This document shows positions 1 through 10,860 of a DNA stretch of 64,000 bases, in pieces. The notes beneath the pieces are model-generated. The model saw only the letters and a program-made list of their open reading frames with translations. It was not told the DNA's origin and searched no databases. This stretch comes from Hypanus sabinus. Its lineage: Eukaryota. Both the position numbers and the translations under genes were made by a program. Numbering within the stretch: the stretch's first letter is position 1; each line of letters opens with the position of its first letter. The DNA is taken from contig NC_082712.1 in assembly GCF_030144855.1 (NCBI RefSeq), forward strand, positions 89,838,001 to 89,902,000, read 5' to 3'.

Positions 1-299
1 TGACTTCCCATTTATTATGCAAATATTCATATTGCAGAACTAACTACAACTGCAACTGAGCTGCACGGGAGGGGTGCAGGGCACTGACGCTCATTATGTT
101 AGAGTTAGGTTGTTCATAAGCTCAAAATGCTTACATCCTTCCTTTAGCTATGAGCTGATTTGCCACTTGTATTCTGTACTGACATTTGGCTCCTCAAGGC
201 TCTGCTGCCTCTCAGAACAATTCCACTCCTCTACTTAGGAAATTAATTTTCTCCTCACATATTCCCATCTGCTCTCCTCCTCCCATGCTCTCTCATCCC

Positions 300-450
300 T
301 ACCAGTGCACTCAGGGCAATTTACGACAGCCAGTTAACAAACAGCCCAGCTCATTGTTGGAATGTGGGAGGAAACCAGAGAACGTGGAGGTTGTGATGGG
401 GGAGGGGGGAGGGAAGCTGATGCAGTCACAGAGAGAACGTCCACGCAGAG
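300..450 (-). mobile_element. HE1/V-SINE-like fragment
   Basis: Motif ggcaatttacgacagccagttaac...ggaatgtgggaggaaaccagagaac recurs at about 7900-8000, 30930-31040 and 44520-44640; resembles the antisense core of elasmobranch HE1-type SINEs (recalled, not searched). Confidence 0.45.
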
Positions 451-489
451 AATTCCGCGCAGAGAAAGGCAGCACTGGAGGTGGGGATT

Positions 490-860
490 GAATCTGGATC
501 TCTGGTGCCACAAGTGCGGGGGGAGAGGTACCTTCCAGAGCAGGGTGAGTGGGTGTAATGTCCCAAAGTTGGGGTGGGAGGAATCTCAAATCTCTTAGAG
601 CAGGGAGAGATGAATCTCCCAGAGTAGGGAAGGGAGGGGTGAATCTCCCAGAGCATGGGGGGGAGTATCTCCCAGAGGGAGGGAGGGCAGGGGACCTTCC
701 AGTCAGCGTTCCTAGTGAGAGGAATTTCACAGGGAGTTAGGGAACTCTGTGAGAGGGATCTTCCCAGAGAGAGTCATCTCCCAAAGGCGTATATCAGTGA
801 GGGAACTGACAGTGAGAGGGATCTCCCAAAGAGATGATGACTTCCAGAAGGGGATCTCCC
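490..860. repeat. Degenerate purine-rich tandem repeat (atctcccaga-containing units) in the intron after the gene 1 TM exon
   Basis: atctccc(aga/aaa) recurs many times at roughly 20-40 bp spacing; ORFs over it are low-complexity. Confidence 0.6.
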
Positions 861-900
861 ACGGAAAGGGCTTTCATATATATCCTGGAGAATTACTCAC

Positions 901-1020
901 CACTCCTCTTTCTCTTGACGATCCAAATCCCGAAGACCAGTCCGACACATAGTGCTAGCCCACAGACCCCCAAAAGGATGTAGAGCCAGGTCAGAGTGCC
1001 CCTGGGGTCAGCTGATCCAG
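901..1020 (-). CDS. Gene 1 TM exon, uncharged (A-GSADPRGTLTWLYILLGVCGLALCVGLVFGIWIVKRKRS); cytoplasmic exons expected beyond the left edge
   Basis: Acceptor gtcttcacag and donor G|GTGAGT; 120 bp, phase 1-1 matching the D2 exon; 24-residue hydrophobic run followed by KRKR stop-transfer. Confidence 0.85.
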
Positions 1021-1244
1021 CTGTGAAGACTTCAAGCAGAGAAGAGATTAGCCCACCTTCTACAATCTCTATTCCTTGAACTACCCCTCCCATGTTAGGG
1101 AGGGTATGCGTCGCCCCTGGTCAGTAGCCTTGAAGAACTTGCCTCCTCAAATGCCCAGGGCAAGTCCACCACAAAGAGGGAGCATTTGTTTTATGAGAAG
1201 GGTCAAATTCAAGTTTATTCTCATCTGCATTCTTTTCTTTAGGC

Positions 1245-1440
1245 ATCTGTTAGTCTCGTGAGACCATGGATTTGCGCCTTGGAAGGTTTCCAGGGTGCAG
1301 GCCTGGGCAGGGTTGTATGGGAGATTGGCAGTTGCCCAAGCTGCAAGCCTTCCCCTCCATGCCACTGATGTTTTCCAAGGGAAGGGCACTAGTACCCAAG
1401 CAGCTTGGCACTGGTGTCGTCGCAGAGCAATGTGTTGTTA
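1245..1440 (-). repeat. Unclassified ~200-bp dispersed repeat (second copy at about 11505-11700, + strand)
   Basis: Reverse complement (gtgccaagctg...gcccttcccttgga...gcccaggc...gcaccctgga) matches 11505-11700. Confidence 0.6.
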
Positions 1441-1619
1441 AGTGGTACACGTAAGTACAATGCATAGGTACAATGAAATACCTACTTGCATCAGCATCAC
1501 AAGTATGTAGCACCAGGCACAAAACACTCATAAGAAATATATTATTTAAATATAAATTATTTACAACCTGATGGCATGAATATAGATTTTCCTCCTGCTA
1601 AACAAAAAAATCCTCCCCC

Positions 1620-1990
1620 CTATCTTTCTCTTCTATTCCCCACTTTGGCTCCTTAACTCTTCTTGCCAGCCTGTTAACTCCCACAGGTCCCATCTTCTAA
1701 CCCTTTCATCTATAGTCCATTCTCCTCTGCGATAAGATTCCTTCCTCTCCAACCCTTTACCATTCCTACCCCCCGGCTTCTCCTATCACCTTCTAGCTAC
1801 CCTCCTTTCCCCCCACGTCTGCCAGGTTTTATGCTGTCGTCTTCCCCTTTACTCTCCAGCCCTGAAGAAGGGACTTGGCTGGAAATGTCAACTGTTAATT
1901 CATATCCATAGATGCTGCCTGATCTGTAAAGTTCTTCCAGCAAATTTTTTTGAGTTGCTTTAGATTTCCAGCATCCAAATTTCTTGTGTT
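1620..1990 (+). mobile_element. Penelope-like element 3' fragment
   Basis: Pyrimidine-rich stretch then cctgaagaaggg...catagatgctgcctga...gatttccagcat, homologous to the 3' end of the 55049-58070 element. Confidence 0.7.
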
Positions 1991-2284
1991 TGACTTTTAT
2001 GGGCTAATTGTTATCACTGGAATTTGAGTTACCTCTAGTCTTTGACTCTAGAGATTGTGTTATCACTGAGGTGATTAAAACTGCTTTTCTCTTTGTCCAT
2101 TTCTTTGTGTTTAGAGATCCTCTTTCTTGTCCATTTTCTGTTCTTGTAACATCGAATGAGATGATTATTTGCATGATTTACACCTGATTCTTGACTTCTG
2201 AAGAACTTTGGACTCAAAGCATCAGGATCCAACTTGCTGCTCAGTGTCCACTTTATTTTGCAGCTTCTGTACCAAATAATGTGG

Positions 2285-2660
2285 TGACCGAGTGTATATC
2301 CATGGTCTTCTGCTGTTGTAGCCCATCCACTTCACGGTTCAATGTGTTGTGCATCCAGAGGTGCTCTTCTGCACACCAGTGTTGAAAAGCCTGTTGTGAA
2401 TGCCCTCCTGACAACTTGAACCAGACTGGCCATTCTCCTCTGAAGTTTAACGACTGTTTTGCGTAAAAATCCTAGGATATCCGCAGCTTCTAAGATTCTC
2501 AAACTTCCTCTTCTGGAAACACAATCATTCTGCAGTCAAATTTCTTCCACATTCTGATGTTCCACTGAACGTCTTGACCATGTCTGCATTGAGTTGCAGC
2601 CACATCATTAGCTAATTATATATATGGATTGATATGGATTAATAAAGTGGCTTCAGAGTG
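2285..2660 (-). mobile_element. Tc1-like DNA transposon fragment (duplicated at about 25735-26100 and 38990-39360)
   Basis: Antisense match to the + strand Tc1 fragment at 20385-20830. Confidence 0.65.
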
Positions 2661-2984
2661 CATACGAATGATCTGAATGTGGATGTGGAAGGCATGACCA
2701 GTAAGTTTTCAGATAACACAAAGATGTGTGGAGATGTTGGCAGTGTGGAGGGAAGTGTTTGCTATGGGGAATATTTTGATGAAATAGTCTGAGAAATCTC
2801 CATAGATTCTGTTGATGTGTTGAGTTCCTCCAGCATCTGAAGAATCTTGTGTTTATAATTTGCTGAACCACTGCAATGTCTCTTCGGGGTATGCCAACTC
2901 TGGAGAACTTTAATCATCTCTCCCACAGGGGCCTCTCCCACTGCTCCCCATTTGTTGTTTCTGCTGCTCTCCGATTCCTCAACC

Positions 2985-3205
2985 AAAACCACACCCAGAC
3001 ACAGCCATCTGTCAGCTTGTACTCCTTTCTCACCACCCCTCACCTTCTCATTCTGGCTTCTTCCCCATTAATTTCCAGTCCTGAAGAAGGGTCTTTGTCC
3101 AAAACATCGGTGATTTATTCCCCTCCATAGATGCTGCCTGACCTGCTGAGTTCCTCCTGCATTTTATGTGTGTTACTCTGGATTTTCTGCATCTGCAGAA
3201 TCTGT
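2985..3205 (+). mobile_element. Penelope-like element 3' tail fragment (duplicated at about 26400-26610 and 39700-39910)
   Basis: ccagtcctgaagaaggg...catagatgctgcctgacctgctgagttcctcc tail motif. Confidence 0.7.
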
Positions 3206-3904
3206 TGCATTTTGCAAGTGGCTGGTGGGGTTCAGTCTGGATCCATGTGAGACAATGTGTTTTGGCAGTATCCATCAGGATAGGACACATGGTGTCAATG
3301 GTAGGAAAATATTAAGTATCGTCAAACAGAGGGAAGGATGTGGTACTGCGGGAGATAGTGGAGATGTTCACAGGATATAATCTGGGACGGAGCTGTAATG
3401 ATAGGAGAGACCAGGTCAATTGTCCCTGGAGTCGAGGAGGTTTCAAGGGGATATAAGGTCTTTATAAGGTCTTTAAAACTACAAGGTCTTTAAAACTACA
3501 AGGAGTATAGACTACAGGATACTCATATCATAAACAAATAAAACTTGAGATCAGAATAGTAGGGTGATTGGGTGGAGGTGATGGGGGAGGGGGAAGCAGA
3601 GAGTGGTGAGCACCTGCAGCACTTTGCCTGAAAAAGCCGAGTCAGTGACAGCATCTAGGAAGCGTCTGGACGAGTACCTGAACTACCCAGGGACAAAAGG
3701 TGAGCAGCCAAGGGTCGGGAGGCAGGGTTCATGTGGATAAGAGTCAGAATGGACATAATAGGTTGAAGGGACTGCTTCCTTATGGTATGAAAACATGAAG
3801 TTGCTTCAATGCACAGGAATTAAATCATCAGAAATTACATTGAACCATGAAATCAAAGAACCTTTAGACAAGAGCAGAGGTCAGTGTAAGGATTCAGGAC
3901 TCAC

Positions 3905-4279
3905 CTCTCACTGACAGAAACGTCCCTGAGATGCTTTGCCATTCAGTCGACTTATCACTAACATTGAAACATGTCACACGGCAGAAATAGAAATTGGAGT
4001 CATTTGCTTTCAATGGAACTAAGCGGATGGAGCCCGTCTTGTTTCGCAGTGGGGAGCCCAGGAACTCGATCCGGCCTCGGTATTCCCCGAATGTGTTGTT
4101 TTGTGAAGAATTGAATATCTTTGTACCATGAAAGCCACCAACTTTCCAAGTGATATGAATGTCTCGGGGTGTATAAGTGTCCGGGTAAGTGAAGGAACAG
4201 GGGAGAATGACGGACCCATTCTCTGCAGCCTCCAGGTATCCCATTTGCTTCACCTGGAACTTATGGTCACCAGTCCGTG
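3905..4279 (-). CDS. Gene 1 Ig V-set domain D2 exon (PILR/Siglec-like C-terminus YFCRV...WQSISGTFLSV)
   Basis: Acceptor gttccctcag and donor G|GTGAGT; 375 bp, phase 1-1; B-strand Cys (VILPC), C-strand Trp (HITW), DxxxYFC. Confidence 0.92.
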
Positions 4280-5397
4280 CTGAGGGAACAGGGAGCAAAC
4301 GATCATTCGGGAGCCTCCTATCACGTTTCATTAGGCAGAAAATCATCCCATCATCTCTCAGCAACAGACAAGTCCCTGCGCTCTGATTAATAAACTAAAC
4401 TCCAGACTAAATCCATCCCCTTACAAATCCATCAAATGCATACTTAGAATGTCTCCATTCCTAACTGCTAGCAGCTTCCACTCTCCAAGCCTGTGACCTC
4501 CAATGGGGAATTAGGCAAACCAGACATTGAATCCGGAGACCCCTAGATTACATGTCAGCATCAAACTCACTTCTGGGATCCTGCCATTCTCAACAAAGAC
4601 TGTTTAAACCCTTGTATTAGATCACAACGTGTAACCCATAGATGGGGATTTGTTATTCTATGCATAATCCCGAGCTCCAAACAATCTGTCACAGCCTGTA
4701 ACTCTCTCTGGGCATATATTTCTGAATATAAACCCTCTGAACCCGCGATTGCAGTCCAGTCTGCAACTCACTCCCGGGTGTCTGTGTGTTGTTAGATAAA
4801 CAATCTGAACACCAGATTAGATTCTGCTCCATACCCAACTCACGGTTAGTTGTTATTCTCTATATTAAACCCCCAAATTGCTTACAGAGATCACAGCGTC
4901 TAACTCACGTGCGGGAATCTGTATTTAACAGCATAAACTCAATGATCCCCTCGATAAGATTCCACTCAATACTAACTCTCTGGGGTCTCTTGCAAAGGAA
5001 CACCCGAACCCCTGGATTAGATCCCTATCTGTATCTCACAGCTAAGTATCACTTAATCGATAAATAAACCCACGGAGCGCCTGAGTTACATCCACTTCAG
5101 TAATTGAATCCCTGGGGTCTGTTATCCAACATAATTACAGTATGCTCGCCCCGACTCCCCTCTCACCACAGACTGTCAGGAATTGCTATGTGTATGTCTG
5201 TACGCGCTGTAAGCTTCATCTGCTTCGTCTGTCTGTCTAATTCCTTATTCGGCACGGAGACAAATAAATTCCGTAAACTCCGTGGCTTCCTCTATTTACC
5301 ACTCGTCGTTCCCTCACTTGCAACACCCCAACCCCAGACAACAGATCCAGCCGCATCCAACTCCACGCTTTCTGTAGACAGAGGAAGGGGTTCTCAC

Positions 5398-5754
5398 CTT
5401 GAACTGACAGGACGGTCCCAGGACCTGTGTACTCTTCCCCCAAGATCACCACAATGCAGAAGTACATGTTGGTGTCCCTTTCTTCGACCCGGTGTAAGCG
5501 GATGGAGCCCGTCTTGTCTCTGAGTGGCGAACCCAGGAACTTGATCCGGCCTCTGAAATCTTTGAGTGTGTAGTTATCCAGGTATCTGAATATATCTGTC
5601 TTGTGGTTCTTACGAACTTTCCACCTGATGTCAATGTCTCGGAGTGAGGAGTTTTCCGGGTGCGTAAAGGTGCAGGTGAGAGTGACAGACTCGTCCACTA
5701 CAGCCTCGATGTATTTCGGCTGCTCCACTGGGAAGCCACTTCCGCTGTTCCATG
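5398..5754 (-). CDS. Gene 1 Ig V-set domain D1 exon (NKp30-like: VEQPKYI...TLTCTF...W...FRGRI...DTNMYFC...TGPGTVLSV)
   Basis: Acceptor gtctctctcag and donor G|GTGAGA; 357 bp, phase 1-1; canonical Cys/Trp/Cys; G-strand GxGT encoded in the exon. Confidence 0.92.
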
Positions 5755-7024
5755 CTGAGAGAGACGGAGAGCAAATGGTCATTTGGGAACCTCCGACCAC
5801 ATCTCACCCTGCGGATAATCAGCCCGTAATTCTCTCAGCGCCGGGCAATTCCCTGCCCTCCGATTGACAGACCGAACTCCGGAATAATTCTTTCTCCTCT
5901 CAAATCCGTGAAATGCAAATGGCAACAGACCCGCACTACCAACCACCAGCACCCTGACCCGGCGTGGATAACTTCACTCACTGCATCTGTGAACTCACTC
6001 TCCCACCTGCACACTCACTCTCAAGAGCTCTTGACAAATCTAGTTGTCAGTATAATTTCTGTTTAAAGAATTTCACTTGCTTTGTGTATTGTTTGACAGT
6101 CTTTGCTTATGTGCAGATTATTATAAATCCTATTGTATTACATTATTTTCCTGAAATGTCGGCAAGAAAAATGATTTTGAAATTACGTGTCATTTACCTC
6201 CATCGATAATAAATTTTACGTTTACTTTTTGCATTCTGAGCCTAAAAGCTCCAATGGGAAATCAGGCAACACAGGTATCAACTCCTGGAACACAGGAATT
6301 AGATTCCAGAATCTACAATGTTATTGACCGTATAAACGCCTTTAACCCTTGCAATACCATGTGCGTCTGATCCTGCGTGTGTAGATCCAAACTGCAACTA
6401 AACCTTCGGATCTGTTATTCATTGTATAAACACCTCAGACCCTCGCATGAGATTCCAGCCTGGAACTAACCCCTGAGGATCTGTTAATCATTACATAAAA
6501 ACCCTCTTTCTGGATTCCAACCAGTAACTATCCCCGGGAATCGGTTATGGACTTCAACCCGGATCTCGCACAGTCGCCCTTCGAGCTCTCTCTGCCCGTT
6601 CTGTCCTTACCCTCTCTCTCCGATCAGTGACGAATCGTCTCCCTCCACAAAATACCCTCCACCTCAGCAACCCTCCAGCTTTAACCCCGGCTTTAGCAAC
6701 AGGCCTTTGCCCGGACCTCCTGTTCCTCATTTCAACTCTTCATACCCGTTAGCGGGTGGGAAACACTTCGAGTTGTTCCTCATCTCCGGCGATGTTGCTA
6801 TTCAAATGCAGACACTTGTTCCTCCAAACCGGGAAGGCATCAGACGGACTAACGCTCCCTCTCTGAAATGGAGAAGCGGAACAGGGAGGAGGCCTCCCGA
6901 AAGGATGCCGAGGGTTCCGCACCGGACAGGGTATTCTGGAGGGCGTGTTAAGAGGGTTTGGATGATATGAGGGGTGTGAGGAATGGGGATAGAGGTGGTA
7001 CGTGATGAAGCTGGGTCTACTCAC

Positions 7025-7067
7025 CCACTGTCAACTGTAGCAACACCAGACAGAGCGAAACGTCCAT
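7025..7067 (-). CDS. Gene 1 signal-peptide exon (MDVSLCLVLLQLTV)
   Basis: Kozak gacgccATGG; 43 bp ending at phase-1 donor G|GTGAGT; conserved in five paralogs. Confidence 0.85.
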
Positions 7068-7083
7068 GGCGTCTCCCCACCAA

Positions 7084-7157
7084 CACTTCCTCTCTGGACC
7101 TGATCGCGTCCGTCGGTAACTCTGACTGTGACTCACGACTGCCCTCTCAATGAGTCA
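7084..7157 (-). promoter_or_regulatory. Putative proximal promoter: ETS/PU.1-type site AGAGGAAGTG (7084-7093) and two AP-1 heptamers (7129-7135, 7151-7157)
   Basis: Exact consensus matches just upstream of the ATG; ETS site kept in genes 3 and 4. Motif match only. Confidence 0.45.
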
Positions 7158-7664
7158 GTGTTCCTGCTTTCTTCAGTCCCCCGACTCCGCCTCCAGCTCT
7201 CGTATTCCATCACCCCTCGGGACATTTCCCTTGCTCCTGCCCCACCCGTTGGTCACTACATGTGGGTTGGTTTGTGCGTCCAAAGTGAGGCGTGAGGTGA
7301 ATTCTCTTGCGGTGAGGAGCTGGTGACGGGAGAGTTAGACAATCGGGAAATCATCATCACAAATGTGTGAGGTGCAGGTTGGAGCAGGAGGTGAGAGTTG
7401 TGATAAGTGTTGTGTCTCTACGCGTATTGCAGAGTTCAAACGTTCTGAAGCCCCAAAGAGACACTTTTTGCAAATTACTGCGAGAATATTGATGGTTAAT
7501 TAGTTGATTGGCAGCAGCCTGTATACGGAAGTTAGGGGTCTGCAAACAGCCATTGATTCTTGACAAACAATCGCTTTAGCATTGGAATATAAATGTAGAG
7601 ACACCTTTCCGTAAGAGTGAGATAAAATCCAGAATTAAATGGCAACACGAGTGATGAGTGATGA

Positions 7665-7765
7665 AACCCTCCTGATAACGGGTTTCGGCCCGAAACGTCG
7701 TCACTACCTCCTCCCATAGATGCTGTTTGGCCTGCTGAGTTCTGCCAGCATTTTGTGTTTTTTAT
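7665..7765 (+). mobile_element. Penelope-like tail fragment inserted upstream of gene 1
   Basis: cctgataacgggtttcggcccgaaacgtc...catagatgctg...ccagcattttgtg; not seen at the equivalent position upstream of gene 3. Confidence 0.7.
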
Positions 7766-8939
7766 CCAGAATTAAATAGTCTATTTCACTGTGGCAACTA
7801 GGTTGGGATAAAGCAAACGAAGGACAGCATTGATATGAAATTCGGAGGATGGTGGGAACTCAACTAGGAGATCGGTATAAAAGGACGTAAGAAGCAGCCC
7901 CCGAGGGACCCTAGACTAATCACGGGACAATCCAGCAACCCGTATATCTTCGAACTGTGGGAACACCCAGAAGGAACCTACTCTGTCACGGGGTGAACGT
8001 CAAAGATAAATGCGGACATCGACGTCAGTATCATGCGTATTAATTCTGTTCCGGAACCATGATGGGAATCACAGGCCTCCAAGTGCTCGCCAAGATGTGG
8101 GACTGAGATTGCAAAGGGAGCTGGAAAGGGCTTGTAGTAAGGGTAAGATCAGCATTGTAATAGACGACTCCGATACTATGCAAGAGGATTGGGAAAATCA
8201 GGTTGCTGTCGGATCGCAAAAGATGGAATTTGTTAAATCCCTATTGAGCGCAGCTTGTTATTGAGCCTACTAGGAGAAAGGCTATCTTAGACTGGGTGTT
8301 GTCTATTAGTCAGTTTAACGTAAAGGAACCCTTAAGGGGCGGTGATCCTAATATGATTGAATCCATACTGCAATTTGATAGGGGGAAGCGTAAGTCACGT
8401 GTATCAGTATCGCAATGGAATAAAGGCATGAGAGAGGAGCTTGCCCAGGTGGACTGGAGGAGGAGACTGGCGGGGATGACGGCAGAGCAGAGATGGCTGA
8501 AGTTTCTGGGATTAGTTCACATGGTGCAGGACAGATACGTCCCACAGAATAAGATCCCAAATGGGATAGAGAGGCAACGGTGGCTGACAAGCTAAGTTAA
8601 GAACTGTATAAAAGCCAAGGAAAGGGTATCTAAGGTAGCAAAAGCGAGTGGAATATTGGATGATTGGGAAGCTTTTAAAATCCAACAAAAGACAGCCAAA
8701 AATCTATGAGGGAAAAGATGAAATGTGAGGGGAAACTACCAGATAATATAAAGCAGGACACTACAAGTATTTTTCTGCTATATGAAGAGAAAATGGGAGG
8801 TGAGTGAATATTGGACGACTGAAAACTGATGCTGGTGAGATAGCAATGGGGGAAAATAAATGGCATATGAATTAAATGGGTACTTTGTATTAGGCTTCAC
8901 TATGGAAGACACTGGCAGTGTGCCAGAGGACCATCAGAG

Positions 8940-10007
8940 TGTCATACAGTGGGCGTTGAGAGCAGACCCAAATGCAAGACACCAACACTGAAGTACTAGG
9001 GAGAGGACTATGTGTATCAAGAAAGCAAGGGAAGTGAGGGAGAAACAATGCTGGACAAGACACAGGCCCTGGACAAGACTAGGAGACAGGCATGGGCTAG
9101 GACTAGAGTAGGAAAGTGGAACCTAGATGAGGAACTAGGAACCTGGACAGAGACCCAGAACCTGGGTCTGGACTCGGGCTGGGACTCCGGATCCAGGCGA
9201 GGACTGGACATGGGGGCAGGACGCAGGACTCCAGGGCTGATGAGGACATGAAGCTCAGACTTGGTCTTGGTCGAGGGAGAGCAAAGCAGAAGCAGGCAGA
9301 GGCGTAGCTGGACACGGACACTAGCCCTGGATGAGATCAGGACTCAGGCAGGGCCTGGGCTATGACTTGGTCTTGAACATGGACCAGAACCTCCCCTGAG
9401 CCTTTTACACAGGCCAGGACCTCCTCGGAGCCTTGGACTTGAGCACAGGAACATAGAACACAGAGTCCGGACCCCTCCTTGGGGACAGGACATAGGGCTG
9501 GGACTCATACGTGGACACTAAACACAGGGACACAAAGAGACAGTTCCAAGCTCAATGATAGATAGTTACTTCTGTTGGCATGGCAAGGCTCTGGTCTCAC
9601 TCTGGCAGCTGAAAACAGCAATACAGGCAAGTCTTCAGGTGTGGATTCCAGGCAAGGCTTCAGGAGTGGGTTGCAGAAAGAATGGGAAGGCAACATTCCA
9701 GCCTAAGGGTAACGGCAACAATGGCCTGGCTTACCCAAAGGAGGCAAGGACAGGGAGGGACAGATCCAACCTCAGGGTAACAGCAAAGAGGGCCTGACAC
9801 CCCACAGAGGCAAGGACAGGATCCTGTCAAGACAAACCAGCACCTACACTCAAACCCAGGGCCAATTAAATTCCCAGCCCTAAGATGAGAATCAGGTGCC
9901 TATGAATAAGCCCAAATGAAACAAGGGACAGCCGGAAGACCTGAAGTCTCTAGTCCACAGACCAGACCATGAACCGGAACATGGTCTGCATGGACCGGAC
10001 CATGACA
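8940..10007. mobile_element. Solo LTR (1068 bp)
   Basis: TGTCAT...ATGACA termini; 5-bp TSD cagag/gagag; empty site gagag in the paralogous CR1 at 45575-45579. Confidence 0.8.
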
Positions 10008-10211
10008 GAGAGTCAGGGAGCAGGTGTGAGTGCCGTTGCTAGTACAAAGACAAAAGTGCCAGGCAAACTGAAATGTCTGGGTGGATAAATCACCTGGACC
10101 AGGTGGACTACATCCCAGAGTCCTGAAAGAGATGCTGTAGATGAGTGGATGATGCATTGGTCATGATCTTTCAAGAATCATTTGAGTCTGACATGGTCCC
10201 AGAGGAATGGA

Positions 10212-10860
10212 ATTTACCACATTTCTTCCATACATTCCCCTGACAATTTCTGCTCCCAACTTATGCTTCCAAGTTCCTGCCTGATAGCTTCATAGTTCCC
10301 CTTACTCCAATTAAACGTTTTCCTGACTTGTCTACTCCTATCCCTCTCCAATGCTAAAGAAGATAGAATTGTGATCTCTATCTCCAAAATGCTCTCCCAC
10401 TGAGAGACCCAACACCTGACCAGCTTCATTTCCAAATACCAAATAAAGTACAGCCTCTCATCTTGTAGGCGTAATTTACATATTGTGTCAGAAAACCTTC
10501 CTAAACACACTTAACAAACTCCACCCCATCTAAACCCTTTGCTCTAGGGAGATGCCAATCAATATTTGGGAAGTTAACATCTCCCATCCCGCCGACCCTG
10601 TTATTATTGCACCGTTCCAGAAACTGTCTCCCTATCTGTTCCTCAATGTCACTGTTACTGTTGGGTGGTCTATAAAAGGCACCCAGTAGAGTTATTGACC
10701 CCTTTCTGTTTTTAACTTCCACCCACAGAGACTCAGTAGACAATCCCTCCATGAATTCTTCCTTTTCTGCAGCCGTGACACTATCTCTGATCAGCAGTGC
10801 CACACTCCCACCCCTTTTGCCTCTCTCCCTGTCCTTTCTGAAACATCTAAAGCCTGGCAT
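10212..10860 (-). mobile_element. CR1 endonuclease-domain fragment, antisense, nested
   Basis: ORF 10501-10860: FRKDRERGKRGGSVALLIR...YRPPNS...MGDVNFPNIDW. Confidence 0.85.

Larger units (their letters stand above)
2110..7620. repeat. Ectodomain segmental duplication block, copy 1 (paralogs about 25565-30620, 38815-44200, and a more diverged 60230-64000)
   Basis: Colinear, near-identical introns and exons; leader-to-leader offsets 23386, 13263 and 19589 bp. Confidence 0.95.

Noticed and set aside
130-240. Possible gene 1 cytoplasmic exon ending at a GTAAGC donor near 131
   Set aside because: No polypyrimidine acceptor upstream, and the phase-1 frame from the nearest CAG stops after a few codons.
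3905-5754. Rearranging antigen-receptor V segments (IgNAR/TCR-like)
   Set aside because: The G strand is encoded within each exon, each ends at a splice donor, and no heptamer-nonamer RSS was seen next to the exons.
5398-5754. Positive selection on D1 (7 of 8 differences between genes 1 and 3 are nonsynonymous)
   Set aside because: About three quarters of random changes are nonsynonymous, so 7/8 is not distinguishable from neutral.
3894-5800. ORF-track Met starts and C-terminal extensions of the Ig ORFs (also 27279-29186 and 40563-42500)
   Set aside because: The extensions are intronic; strong AG/GT sites delimit 375-bp and 357-bp exons.
7208-7235. NF-kB-like GGGAAATGTCCC in the promoter
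   Set aside because: Imperfect match with atypical spacing, and altered in other paralogs.
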